Assembly (NCBI GenBank): GCA_029858565.1 | Contig: JAOUEV010000005.1 | Location: forward strand, 32,001-96,000 | Length of the DNA: 64,000 bases | Reading direction: 5' to 3' | Origin: Nitrospirota bacterium | GTDB lineage: Bacteria; Nitrospirota; UBA9217 | In this document: positions 18,434-27,644 of the stretch, piece by piece | Numbering within the stretch: position 1 is the stretch's first letter | How the letters are laid out: each line of letters begins with the position of its first letter | The notes under the pieces: generated by a model | Told to the model about the DNA's origin: nothing | What the model saw: only the letters and a program-made list of their open reading frames with translations | Databases searched by the model: none | Program-made: the position numbers and the translations under genes

Positions 18434-19921
18434 ATGGCCCAACTCGACAAGCTCATCGACAAACTCCAAGACGATCAGGAGATCATCATGGAATCGGGCA
18501 AGACGCCGATGCTCAAATCCGACGCCGGCATGAAACCGATGATCAACCAGCAGCTTTCAGCGCAGCAGCTCATCGCGCTGCTCCAGGAGATCGCGCCGCT
18601 CTCGAACCGGGCGACGCTCGCCCAGCGGAAGCCGGCGAAATTCGATTACACCGTTGGCAGCAAGACCGTCACCGTGAATTACGCGCCCCAGGGCGACCGG
18701 ATCACGGCGACCATCGCGGTTCCGGGCGATGAGGTGCTCGAGGATGTGGCGGCCAAAGCGGCAGCAGCAGCGCCCGCCGCCGCCACTGCCATGGATGCGC
18801 TCATCAAGGCAAAGCAAGCAGGCGGGGAACCGGAGATCAACCTGCTGCTCCGCCGCATGTTCAAGATGAACTGTTCGGACCTCCATCTTACGTCGAATCA
18901 CAAGCCCATGGTCCGGCTGCACGGTGAAATGCAGGAGTTCGAGGACCTCCCCCCCACGACCCCGGAGCGGATGAACAGCATGCTTCGGGAGATCATGCCG
19001 CCGCACAATGTGGTCCAGTACGATGAGGTGCACGACGCGGACTTTGCCCATGAGATCCAGGGACTGGCACGCTTCCGGGTGAACGTGTTCATGGACCGTT
19101 TCGGCATGGGCGCCGTCTTCCGCCAGATCCCCATGGAGATCGTGACCGCGGAAAAGCTCGGGCTCTCCAAGGAGGTCCTGGACCTGTGCTACCTGTCCAA
19201 GGGGCTCGTTCTCGTGACCGGGCCGACGGGGTCGGGCAAATCGACCACCCTGTGCGCGCTGGTAGACTTCATCAATCGCAACAGAAAGGACCATATCATC
19301 ACGATCGAAGACCCGATCGAGTTCGTACATCCCAAGAAGAACTGCCTGATCAACCAGCGCGAGGTGCATGTCCACACCAAGTCGTTCTCCAACGCCCTGC
19401 GCGCCGCCCTGCGCGAAGACCCGGACATCGTGCTCGTCGGCGAAATGCGTGACCTCGAGACCATCGCCATCGCGATCGAGACCGCGGAGACGGGCCACCT
19501 CGTCTTCGGCACGCTGCACACGACAACGGCGGCGTCCACTGTCGACCGCATCATCGACCAGTTCCCCGCCGACCGGCAGGCACAGATCCGGGCCATGCTC
19601 GCCAATTCCCTCAAGGGCGTGATTTCCCAGACCCTGTGCAAAAAGCTCCAGGGAGGACGGACCGCCGCGCTTGAGATCCTGTTCATCAACAGCGCGGTCT
19701 CGAACCTCATCCGGGAAGGCAAGATCTACCAGATCCCATCGATCATGCAGACCGCCAAGAGCCAGGGCATGGTCCTTCTGAACGAGGCGCTCTTCAAGCT
19801 GGTTGTCGACAAGACCGTAGCGCCCGAAGAGGCATACATCAAGGCCATTGACAAGCAGGGGTTCGTCACCATGCTCAAATCAAAAGGCATCACCGTGAAC
19901 ATGCAGGGATTGGGCGAGTAA
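18434..19921 (+). CDS. pilT: Type IV pilus retraction ATPase PilT with extra N-terminal domain
   Basis: SDLHL, GPTGSGKS, TIEDPIE, LREDPD..GEMRD, AETGHLVFGTLHT, AVSNLIRE. Confidence 0.9.
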   Translation: MAQLDKLIDKLQDDQEIIMESGKTPMLKSDAGMKPMINQQLSAQQLIALLQEIAPLSNRATLAQRKPAKFDYTVGSKTVTVNYAPQGDRITATIAVPGDEVLEDVAAKAAAAAPAAATAMDALIKAKQAGGEPEINLLLRRMFKMNCSDLHLTSNHKPMVRLHGEMQEFEDLPPTTPERMNSMLREIMPPHNVVQYDEVHDADFAHEIQGLARFRVNVFMDRFGMGAVFRQIPMEIVTAEKLGLSKEVLDLCYLSKGLVLVTGPTGSGKSTTLCALVDFINRNRKDHIITIEDPIEFVHPKKNCLINQREVHVHTKSFSNALRAALREDPDIVLVGEMRDLETIAIAIETAETGHLVFGTLHTTTAASTVDRIIDQFPADRQAQIRAMLANSLKGVISQTLCKKLQGGRTAALEILFINSAVSNLIREGKIYQIPSIMQTAKSQGMVLLNEALFKLVVDKTVAPEEAYIKAIDKQGFVTMLKSKGITVNMQGLGE

Positions 19922-19936
19922 GAGGAGGCGCATGTC

Positions 19937-20401
19937 ATGAACGGTCATCGAGAATTTGCGGTTCCCAAGGAAAAACAGCTTGTCACGGTCCACCTCCTCG
20001 GCGGGGAAATCGGAGAAGGCAACATCTTCCTGGAGTTTTACCCCGATGCCAGAACGCTCCATCAGAAGATCGTCGCTTTTCTCGAGGACAAGAACGAGTT
20101 TTTCCCCCTCTCCAGCGGAGGTGCGCCGGAGTTCGTAAGGAAAAGGTCCATCCGCATGGTCGAGGTCCACTATCCCGAGGACGAAGACCAGTTCAACATC
20201 ATGCACGTCGAGCTTGTCACGGTCGTGTTCCGCGACGGTTCGCAGGTGAGCGGTGACCTGCTGGCCGATGTTCCCGAGGAGAAGAAACGTCTCTCCGACT
20301 GCCTCAATCTCCCCTTGAACTTCCTCTGCACGCGCACCTACGGGAAGGTGAGCTACATCAACAAGGATTCCATCCTGAAGGTCACGACCGCGGGGAAGTA
20401 G
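19937..20401 (+). CDS. Hypothetical protein with two internal repeats
   Basis: Two similar halves (VTVxxxxGxxxxG..FxP/L..V/IxKxSIxxV); GAGGAGG RBS. Confidence 0.7.
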   Translation: MNGHREFAVPKEKQLVTVHLLGGEIGEGNIFLEFYPDARTLHQKIVAFLEDKNEFFPLSSGGAPEFVRKRSIRMVEVHYPEDEDQFNIMHVELVTVVFRDGSQVSGDLLADVPEEKKRLSDCLNLPLNFLCTRTYGKVSYINKDSILKVTTAGK

Positions 20402-20529
20402 CAGGACCAGGTTCAAGGTATTACCTCATCGCAGCACCCGGGAGCCGGGCAGAATCCTGCCTGATTCAGAATCGGATATTCGTCCGCCCGCGGGCACAGG
20501 CGAGCGCTGACAACAAGAACGTTACCGTC

Positions 20530-21618
20530 ATGACCGCTCTGCGCGACTACAAACCTCTCTTCTACAGCAAGCTCACGGAAACCCATCTGTTCAGCGAGGT
20601 TGGCCGGATCATCGCGTCCGAGCTGGAATCCCGGGACCTGATCCGCAAGATCATCGCCGCTATCGGGAAGTCCATCCAGTTCGAGGAGGCATCGGTCTAC
20701 GTGGTCAAGAAGGACCTTACGGGCCTCATCCCGATGTTCTTGAGCAATCCCGCGCCCGGCCGTGAACCATTCCAGACCATCTACTTCGACAATGGCGCTC
20801 CAGGCGAGATCGCGGCGAGCGGCGAACCTCTCATTCTTACCGACTGTTCCGCGTGGGAAACCTTTCTCCATTTCCCCGGCGAACAGCGCAGGTCCGGCAG
20901 TTATGTGGGCATTCCCCTCAAGAACGATATCCGCATTGTTGGCGTAATGGGGTTCAGCCACAGCAGACCGTCAGCATTCACCGTCGACGACTTCGACCTT
21001 TTACGCACACTGTCCCATACGATCTCGGCAGGCATTGAGAAGGCTGACCTCTTCATGAAGGCAATGGAGATCGCGAGGTCCGACGAGCTGACCGGCCTGT
21101 TCAATTACCGGGTGCTCCTGGAGAAGCTCGCTGAGGAGATCGGCAGGCAGGCGAGAACCGGCAGGGACCTTTCCTTTATCATGATCGACATCGACAACTT
21201 CAAACGCGTCAATGACCGCTATGGCCACCTCGAAGGGAGCCGGGTCCTGGCGCAGCTGGGCGCGCTTCTGCGGGATACATTCCGGACGGGAAGCACGGAC
21301 AGCTGCTACCGCTACGGCGGAGAGGAATTCTCGATCCTCCTGGCCGAAACGGATATCGGCAAGGCTTTGGAGGTTGCCGAGCGGTTGAGAAGTGCGATCG
21401 AGCAATACCCCTTCACGCTGAAATCGGCTCATTCCGACGAGGTCCTGACGGTGAGCCTCGGCGTTTCCTCCCGCCGGAAAGGCGACAGCAAGGGGGCCAT
21501 GGAGCTGATCCGGGAGGCCGATGTAGCTCTCTATCGGTCCAAATCCCTGGGTAAGAACAGGGTCACCGGCTACAGCGCTGACCTGACCATGCCGGACCGG
21601 ACCCAGAATATCCCGTGA
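20530..21618 (+). CDS. GAF-GGDEF diguanylate cyclase
   Basis: GAF domain, DELTGLFN, DIDNFKRVNDRYGH, RYGGEEF, ADVALY..GKNRV. Confidence 0.92.
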   Translation: MTALRDYKPLFYSKLTETHLFSEVGRIIASELESRDLIRKIIAAIGKSIQFEEASVYVVKKDLTGLIPMFLSNPAPGREPFQTIYFDNGAPGEIAASGEPLILTDCSAWETFLHFPGEQRRSGSYVGIPLKNDIRIVGVMGFSHSRPSAFTVDDFDLLRTLSHTISAGIEKADLFMKAMEIARSDELTGLFNYRVLLEKLAEEIGRQARTGRDLSFIMIDIDNFKRVNDRYGHLEGSRVLAQLGALLRDTFRTGSTDSCYRYGGEEFSILLAETDIGKALEVAERLRSAIEQYPFTLKSAHSDEVLTVSLGVSSRRKGDSKGAMELIREADVALYRSKSLGKNRVTGYSADLTMPDRTQNIP

Positions 21619-21708
21619 TGCCTGCCCGAGCTGCAATACATTCCGGTAGTCTGTCGCCACAGGGAATTGACGTCGGCCAACAGGTAATGGCCGTGCCGGG
21701 CGCACAAC

Positions 21709-21738
21709 AAAAAACGGCCTGTCTTCGAAGACAGGCCG
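21709..21738 (-). terminator. Intrinsic terminator after ychF
   Basis: CGGCCTGTC-ttcgaa-GACAGGCCG hairpin followed by T6 on the minus strand. Confidence 0.75.
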
Positions 21739-21769
21739 CTCGTTATTACTTGCTCCACTTTTCTCCCGG

Positions 21770-22864
21770 CTACACATTGAACCGGAAGTTCATGATATCC
21801 CCGTCTTTGACCACGTACTCCTTGCCTTCGGAGCGGAGCATTCCCGCAGCCTTGACCGCCTGCTCGTTCTTATACTTCATCAGGTCGTCAAAGTGGAAGA
21901 CCTCCGCGCGGATGAATCCCTTTTCAAAATCCGAATGGATCTTTCCCGCTGCCTGCGGCGCCTTGGTGCCCTTGACAATGGTCCAGGCCCGCACTTCCTT
22001 CTCGCCCGCGGTCAGATAGGTGATAAGCCCTAAAAGTTCGTAGCCTGCGCGGATCATCCGGTCGAGGCCTGATTCCTTGAGCCCCATGCCGGCGAGGTAC
22101 TCTTTCCGCTCGTCGGGCGGCAGCTGGGCGATCTCGCCCTCCACCTGGCCGGAGATCACAACAACCCGGGCGCCCTCCGCTTCAGCGATCTTCTTCACGG
22201 CATCCACATGGGGATTCGGCTTGTCCACCATGTCCTCGGCGACATTCGCCACGTACAGGACAGGCTTCGCCGATAACAAGGCATAGCTCTTGAGCCACAG
22301 GAACTCTTCATCGGAATGGCTGGCTCTGCGGATGGGTTCGCCCTTTGCGAGCATATCCTTGAGCCGCCGCATGAACTCCACTTCCTCCAGGGCCTTTTTA
22401 TCGCCGGTCTTGGTCATCTTCTCCGCCTTGTACAACCGCTTCTCGACGGCATCCAGATCGGCAAGCATAAGCTCCGCTTCGATCACTTCGATGTCCTCTT
22501 TGGGATCCACCTTGTTCGCGACATGAATGACGTTGGGGTCCTCGAAGCAACGGACCACATGCGCGATCGCATCCACCTCGCGGATATTGGCCAGGAACTT
22601 GTTGCCCAGCCCCTCTCCCTTGGAAGCGCCCTTCACCAGTCCGGCGATATCCACGAACTCCATGGTCGTGGGTACGATCTTTTGCGAATGGTAGATCTCG
22701 GCGAGTTTCCCCAGCCGCTCATCAGGCATGTCCACCACGCCTACGTTCGGATCAATGGTGGTAAAAGGATAATTCGATGCCTGTGCTCCGGCCGATGTGA
22801 GCGCGTTGAATATAGTGGACTTGCCCACGTTGGGAAGCCCTACGATGCCGCAATTGAAACCCAT
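21770..22864 (-). CDS. ychF: Redox-regulated ATPase YchF
   Basis: [45 protein letters not shown] domain. Confidence 0.97.
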   Translation of the reverse strand: MGFNCGIVGLPNVGKSTIFNALTSAGAQASNYPFTTIDPNVGVVDMPDERLGKLAEIYHSQKIVPTTMEFVDIAGLVKGASKGEGLGNKFLANIREVDAIAHVVRCFEDPNVIHVANKVDPKEDIEVIEAELMLADLDAVEKRLYKAEKMTKTGDKKALEEVEFMRRLKDMLAKGEPIRRASHSDEEFLWLKSYALLSAKPVLYVANVAEDMVDKPNPHVDAVKKIAEAEGARVVVISGQVEGEIAQLPPDERKEYLAGMGLKESGLDRMIRAGYELLGLITYLTAGEKEVRAWTIVKGTKAPQAAGKIHSDFEKGFIRAEVFHFDDLMKYKNEQAVKAAGMLRSEGKEYVVKDGDIMNFRFNV

Positions 22865-22884
22865 GCTGAACTCCTTTGTAATGA

Positions 22885-23448
22885 TTACTTCTGATTGACC
22901 GCATTCATCGCCTTGGTCAGGCCGTCGGCAATGATCATCCTGACGGCTTCCGCGGCCCGGTCGATTGCTTCGGCTGCTGCTGCACGTTCCTCTGCGCCAA
23001 AGGGGCTCAGAACATAATCAGCAGACTCCATTCCTGTGGGCGGCCGACCGATCCCCACCCGGACCCGGATGAAATCAGCGGAGCCGAGGCTGTCGATCAG
23101 GGAGCGCAGTCCATTATGACCGCCATGGCCGCCTCCGGTCTTGATGCGGACCGTCCCCAGCGGAAGGTCCAGCTCGTCATGGACAACGATAATGTCCCCC
23201 ACCGCGGCATAGGCATCGCGCATGACAGCAGCGACAGACCTGCCGCTGTCGTTCATAAATGTCTGTGGTTTGGCTACGAGAACGTTCTCGGCACCCAGAC
23301 GAAGCTTTCCCATGAGCGCGTGATGCTTTTCCTGCGCAAGCGGGGCGGCCGCCTGCCGCGCTAGCTCGTCGGCTGCCATGAACCCCGCGTTATGGCGGGT
23401 ACGTTCGTACTTCCTGCCCGGATTGCCGAGCCCGATAACGATCCTCAT
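22885..23448 (-). CDS. pth: Peptidyl-tRNA hydrolase
   Basis: GLGNPG..TRHNAGF, KPQTFMN, HDELDL, GGHNGL. Confidence 0.97.
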   Translation of the reverse strand: MRIVIGLGNPGRKYERTRHNAGFMAADELARQAAAPLAQEKHHALMGKLRLGAENVLVAKPQTFMNDSGRSVAAVMRDAYAAVGDIIVVHDELDLPLGTVRIKTGGGHGGHNGLRSLIDSLGSADFIRVRVGIGRPPTGMESADYVLSPFGAEERAAAAEAIDRAAEAVRMIIADGLTKAMNAVNQK

Positions 23449-23582
23449 CGTTCTTGACCGGTCCGTCCCCCGCGGGGAGGAAATAGGCTGGGGTGCGTAT
23501 TGTCAGCATTCAAGGGAAAACCCATCTTCACGCGACCGCTCTTCAGGGGAGAAGAGAGCGTTCTGAACAGCCCCCAAAATAT

Positions 23583-23616
23583 CGGAACCCGAAACAGACT
23601 CCTGTTTCGGGTTCCG
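23583..23616 (-). terminator. Stable hairpin (terminator-like) after rplY
   Basis: Perfect 15-bp stem CGGAACCCGAAACAG / CTGTTTCGGGTTCCG. Confidence 0.6.
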
Positions 23617-23643
23617 GAGCGTACATGACAGTTGCAGCTAAGG

Positions 23644-24384
23644 CTACTTCTTGGGAGCGGCTTCCTTGCCCTTGGCGCCGGCCGCGGGAGCAGCTTCCTT
23701 GCCCTTGGCGCCGGCCGGTGCAGCAGCCGCTTCGCCTTCTTCCTTCTTCTTGCCCACAACCTCGGGCTCGCCGGTTTCAGCGGTAGGCGCGGCCGACAGC
23801 ATGGCCTCAAGCTTCTCTGCCGAGATCGGCGGCTGAATGGTCGCGACCGTGGCGTCTCCGTCGGTCAGGATGCGGACGCCCTCAGGGGCCTTGATGTCCC
23901 GCACGTGCAGCGACTCGTTCACCTTGAGGTTGGTGATATCAACATTGATGGAGTCCGGGATATTGGTCGGAAGGCACTCCACCTCGAGCTGGCGCTGACC
24001 GTACTGGAAGATGCCGCCTTCCTTCACGCCGATGGAATTGCCCGTGATATGCACAGCCACCTGGATCTTCACCTTTTCGTTCATGGCGACTTCCATGAGG
24101 TCAAGATGCATCAGCGCTCCGGAGAGCGGATCGAGCTGGTAGTCCTTGATCAGCGCCAGGCGCTCGCCTGCGCCGGCACCGCCCTCCAGTTTCAGGTTGA
24201 TCAGCGCATGTTCGCCGCCCTCCCTGTTCAACACCTTCGTCACGTCCTTGTTGACCATCGAGATGGGCAGGGACTTGCCGTGGCTGTAGAGGACCGCCGG
24301 GATCATCTTGTTCCTGCGCAAACCCCGGGCAACCCCTTTGCCCGCATTCTCTCTCACTTGTGCCGTCATAGCTACGCGTTCCAT
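23644..24384 (-). CDS. rplY: 50S ribosomal protein L25/Ctc
   Basis: GKGVARGLRR..IPAVLY, HLDL, GVKEGG; GGAGG RBS before ATG 24384. Confidence 0.95.
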   Translation of the reverse strand: MERVAMTAQVRENAGKGVARGLRRNKMIPAVLYSHGKSLPISMVNKDVTKVLNREGGEHALINLKLEGGAGAGERLALIKDYQLDPLSGALMHLDLMEVAMNEKVKIQVAVHITGNSIGVKEGGIFQYGQRQLEVECLPTNIPDSINVDITNLKVNESLHVRDIKAPEGVRILTDGDATVATIQPPISAEKLEAMLSAAPTAETGEPEVVGKKKEEGEAAAAPAGAKGKEAAPAAGAKGKEAAPKK

Positions 24385-24420
24385 TGCTTCCTCCATATAC
24401 CGTGGTAATTACCCTAAAAT

Positions 24421-24487
24421 GACCACTGATCAAGACAAATGAACACAGTTAAGATCAAACTGCCTTTATCTCTTCTTATCCGTGGTT
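24421..24487. repeat. Degenerate inverted 10-bp-period array
   Basis: gaccactgat-caagacaaat-gaacacag versus the reverse complement of the right arm, aaccacggat-aagaagagat-aaaggcag. Confidence 0.55.
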
Positions 24488-24509
24488 GATGCTCTGTTTT
24501 ATATCATCT

Positions 24510-25460
24510 TCATACGAACAGCGAACTGAGCGACGATTCGTCATGAATGCGGTTCATCGCTTCGGCAAGAAGCGGCGCCACGGACAGGACCGTGAGCTTT
24601 TTGCATTCCTTCTGTTTGCTGTCGAGGGAGATCGTGTTCGTCACGATCAGCTCGTCGAGCGCGGAATCGTTGATCCGCTGGATCGCCGGTCCGGAAAGCA
24701 CCGCATGGGTACAAGCCGCCATGATCGCTCCGGCGCCCGCCTTCTTCAGAGCGCCCACGCCCTCGGTCATGGTACCCGCGGTATCCACCATGTCGTCAAG
24801 CAGCAGACAGTCGCGCCCATTCACGTCCCCGATGATATGCATGACCTGGGCCACATTGGCCTTTTCCCGGCGCTTGTCGATGATCGCCAGGGAAGCGTCC
24901 AGCCGTTTGGCAAAGGCCCGTGTGCGTTCCACGCCGCCCGCATCGGGTGATACCAGCGTAAGGTTCTTCAGGTTCTTCGACCGGATGTAGTCCAGCAGCA
25001 CCGGAGCGGCGAACAGGTTGTCCACCGGGATATTGAAGAATCCCTGGATCTGCCCTGCGTGCAGGTCGATGGTCAGCACCCGGTTCGCGCCGGCGGAGGT
25101 GATCAAATCGGCAACGAGTTTGGCCGTGATCGGCACGCGGGGCTGCGCTTTCCGGTCCTGCCTGCTGTACCCGTAATAGGGAAGCACCGCGGTGATGCGG
25201 GCTGCCGAAGCGCGCTTGAGCGCGTCGATCATGATCAGCAGTTCCATGAGATGCCGGTTCACCGGATTCGAGGTCGGCTGCACCACGAAGACCTCGGAAC
25301 CCCGGACATTATCAACGATCTGGACATTGATCTCCCCGTCGCTGAAACGGGTGACAACGGCGTTCCCCAGCGGAAGGTTCATCCGCTCACAGATCTCTTT
25401 CGCTAGAGCGGGATTGGCGTTCCCGGAAAAAACCTTGATGCCGTGCTTGGCTCTGACCAT
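24510..25460 (-). CDS. prs: Ribose-phosphate pyrophosphokinase
   Basis: FSDGEI, PYYGYSRQDRK, DLHAGQIQGFF, VSPDAGG, DDMVDTAGT. Confidence 0.97.
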   Translation of the reverse strand: MVRAKHGIKVFSGNANPALAKEICERMNLPLGNAVVTRFSDGEINVQIVDNVRGSEVFVVQPTSNPVNRHLMELLIMIDALKRASAARITAVLPYYGYSRQDRKAQPRVPITAKLVADLITSAGANRVLTIDLHAGQIQGFFNIPVDNLFAAPVLLDYIRSKNLKNLTLVSPDAGGVERTRAFAKRLDASLAIIDKRREKANVAQVMHIIGDVNGRDCLLLDDMVDTAGTMTEGVGALKKAGAGAIMAACTHAVLSGPAIQRINDSALDELIVTNTISLDSKQKECKKLTVLSVAPLLAEAMNRIHDESSLSSLFV

Positions 25461-25497
25461 CGTTCCCTCTTGGCGCTGCCGCGTCATGCCGGTTCTG

Positions 25498-25571
25498 TGG
25501 TTCGGGGACAGGGAGTCGAACCCCGATTCAAGGCTTCAAAGGCCTCTGTCCTACCATTAGACGATCCCCGA
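25498..25571 (-). tRNA. tRNA-Gln(TTG)
   Basis: TCGGGGA acceptor stem, anticodon loop CTTTGAA, GGTTCGACTCC T-arm, encoded CCA; classic position between ispE and prs. Confidence 0.96.
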
Positions 25572-25647
25572 GCATGGGGTGAAACAGGAAAAGGATAGGC
25601 GCTGCGCCTATCCTCTCTGGATTGATACCGAATCGGCTGCGTACTGC

Positions 25648-25953
25648 TTATGGTGCGTCCGGAGGGATTTCCGTCTTCTCCGGCCGCTTGGTGGGATTGG
25701 CAAGCTCCCGCTCATATTCCGCCAGCACCCTGGTCTCGATCATCTGGCGGGTTTCGCTATTCAGCGGATGGGCAATGTCCTTGAAGGTCCCATCCTTCAT
25801 TTTTCTGCTGGGCATTGCCACGAACAGGCCCGTGTTCCCATGGATGACCCGGAGGTCCCTGATAAGAAAAACAGTATCCAGGGTGATGGTGGCATAGGCC
25901 TTTAATCGCTCTTCGTTGACGACAGGAAACACCCGGACTTCCGTGATCTCCAT
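25648..25953 (-). CDS. spoVG: Septation regulator SpoVG
   Basis: MEITEVRV..LKAYATITLD..GLFVAMPSRK..FKDIAHPLN. Confidence 0.95.
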   Translation of the reverse strand: MEITEVRVFPVVNEERLKAYATITLDTVFLIRDLRVIHGNTGLFVAMPSRKMKDGTFKDIAHPLNSETRQMIETRVLAEYERELANPTKRPEKTEIPPDAP

Positions 25954-26013
25954 ACGCGCCCCCCTACCGTATGAACACCCAGTTCCTGTTGCTGGACAAC
26001 GCTGCGTTCCCCG

Positions 26014-26889
26014 TTACGGCGTGGACCGGAGATATTCCCCATACAGAGGCTCGGTCACGACCGGCGCCGGGAAGACCTTCCATCCCCGGGACCCGATCCG
26101 TTCCGCGGCCGTTCTGCATGCTGCCTCAGTTTCAAAGATCCCGAATACCGTCGGTCCGCTGCCGCTCATCCGCGCTCCAAGCGCTCCGGCATCCCGGAGT
26201 GCCTGTTCCATCTCTCCGATGACCGGATGGGCCGGCGCCGTGACCGTTTCCAGGTCATTGTGAAGCGACTGGGCCAGCTGACCGACTTTGAGCCTTGCAA
26301 TTTTATTACAGTCGACCTTCTTTGTCAACCGTAAATTTAGGTTCTTATAGACCCAGGCGGTCGAGGTCTCGAACCCCGGGTTCACCAGAAGTACCCAGAA
26401 CAGGGGAGGCGGCGGCAGGGTTTCCAGCACCTCTCCCCGTCCCCGGGCAATCGCCGTCGGGCCATGGAGAAAGAAGGGCACGTCCATGCCCAGGCCTGTG
26501 CCGATCTCCGCCAGCTGCGCCCGGGACAGGAGCCCTCCTGTCAAGACATTGCATGCCACGAGCACAGCTGCGGCATCACTGCTGCCGCCCCCCAGTCCCG
26601 CGGCAACGGGAATATTCTTGTTGATCGTGATGGAGAGCCCCATCCCGGGACGGGACCGGTCCAGCACTGCCCGGGCCGCGCGGTACGCGATGTTCCCCTC
26701 GCCGACCGGAACACCTGCGGCATCGCAGGTAACACTGATGCCGCCCTGTGCTTCCCGGACCGAAACACGGTCGTACAGGCCCACGGCCTGCATCAGCATT
26801 TCCACATCATGATAGCCGTCAGACCGCTTACCAAGGACAGAGAGGCAGAGATTGACCTTCGCCGGAGCGAACAACACCAGTTCCTTCAC
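26014..26889 (-). CDS. ispE: 4-diphosphocytidyl-2-C-methyl-D-erythritol kinase
   Basis: APAKVNL, GYHD, KNIPVAAGLGGGSSDAA, MSGSGPT. Confidence 0.96.
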   Translation of the reverse strand: MKELVLFAPAKVNLCLSVLGKRSDGYHDVEMLMQAVGLYDRVSVREAQGGISVTCDAAGVPVGEGNIAYRAARAVLDRSRPGMGLSITINKNIPVAAGLGGGSSDAAAVLVACNVLTGGLLSRAQLAEIGTGLGMDVPFFLHGPTAIARGRGEVLETLPPPPLFWVLLVNPGFETSTAWVYKNLNLRLTKKVDCNKIARLKVGQLAQSLHNDLETVTAPAHPVIGEMEQALRDAGALGARMSGSGPTVFGIFETEAACRTAAERIGSRGWKVFPAPVVTEPLYGEYLRSTP

Positions 26890-27644
26890 TGCATATCCCC
26901 CTGAAAGATCGTCTCCTCCACCGGGCCATTGATCTCTACTTCCTCGTAAAGGACCGTAAGCCGCAGCGCCCGGTCGGGATTCTCGAGCACCACTGTCATC
27001 GGAAAGGAGTATCCCGAAATGGAGCGTCGCCCCTCGAACCGCCCCCGATAGACCAGCCTGTCCCCGTCGTACCGTTCCTCGCTGTCGGCAAGGCCCCTGT
27101 CCGCCGGTTCTCCGGACGGCCGGAACACATGAACCCTCCGAACGGCCCCGCCTTCGGAGAACTGGACCATGCAGCGGCCTGCTGTTTCACAGGCTGCCCT
27201 GACCGGGACCTCGGTCTGCGGAGCGATCACGTTCCCGCCAAGAGCGGCGCAGAGCTCTCCGGGAGACAGCGACACTCCCAGCGCGCGCTCCAGCCCGGCC
27301 TGACCCACGGAAATGAACTCCTCTTCGCCCGGCGGCCGGAGCAGTACCGTTCTCCCGTCCGAGAGCAGCGCGAACAGGGATTCTCCAAGAGGGCCGAACC
27401 CGTCGACCCGGAGCTTTCCGCTGCTGTTCATCACGATGGCAACGCTCTCATAGGACCGGCGCCTGCCCTTGCGTTCGGTCTCGACCCGCGCGACCGCTTT
27501 CACGGTCACGAGCTTATGCCGCTGCGCGTCCAGCGCCTGCACCAGCGGGCCGGGAGACACCTCCTGCCCGGGAAGGTCCGGCAATCGGTGGTGGCATGCG
27601 GCAGGCAGGGTAAGGAGCAGGAGGGCGAGAAAGCGGATCTTCAC
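26886..27644 (-). CDS. LolB-like outer-membrane lipoprotein
   Basis: Lipobox PAAC, LRVDGFGPLG; sits in the TPR-lolB-ispE syntenic position. Confidence 0.6.
   Translation of the reverse strand: MKIRFLALLLLTLPAACHHRLPDLPGQEVSPGPLVQALDAQRHKLVTVKAVARVETERKGRRRSYESVAIVMNSSGKLRVDGFGPLGESLFALLSDGRTVLLRPPGEEEFISVGQAGLERALGVSLSPGELCAALGGNVIAPQTEVPVRAACETAGRCMVQFSEGGAVRRVHVFRPSGEPADRGLADSEERYDGDRLVYRGRFEGRRSISGYSFPMTVVLENPDRALRLTVLYEEVEINGPVEETIFQGDMQ

Noticed and set aside
23651-23720. 33-bp tandem duplication in the rplY 3' end
   Set aside because: Encodes the ordinary low-complexity A/P/K/E tail of long L25 proteins; unrelated to the junction arrays.
25498-25571. tRNA-Gln as an integration site
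   Set aside because: Flanked by the conserved spoVG/prs context; I saw no integrase or duplicated tRNA 3' end.
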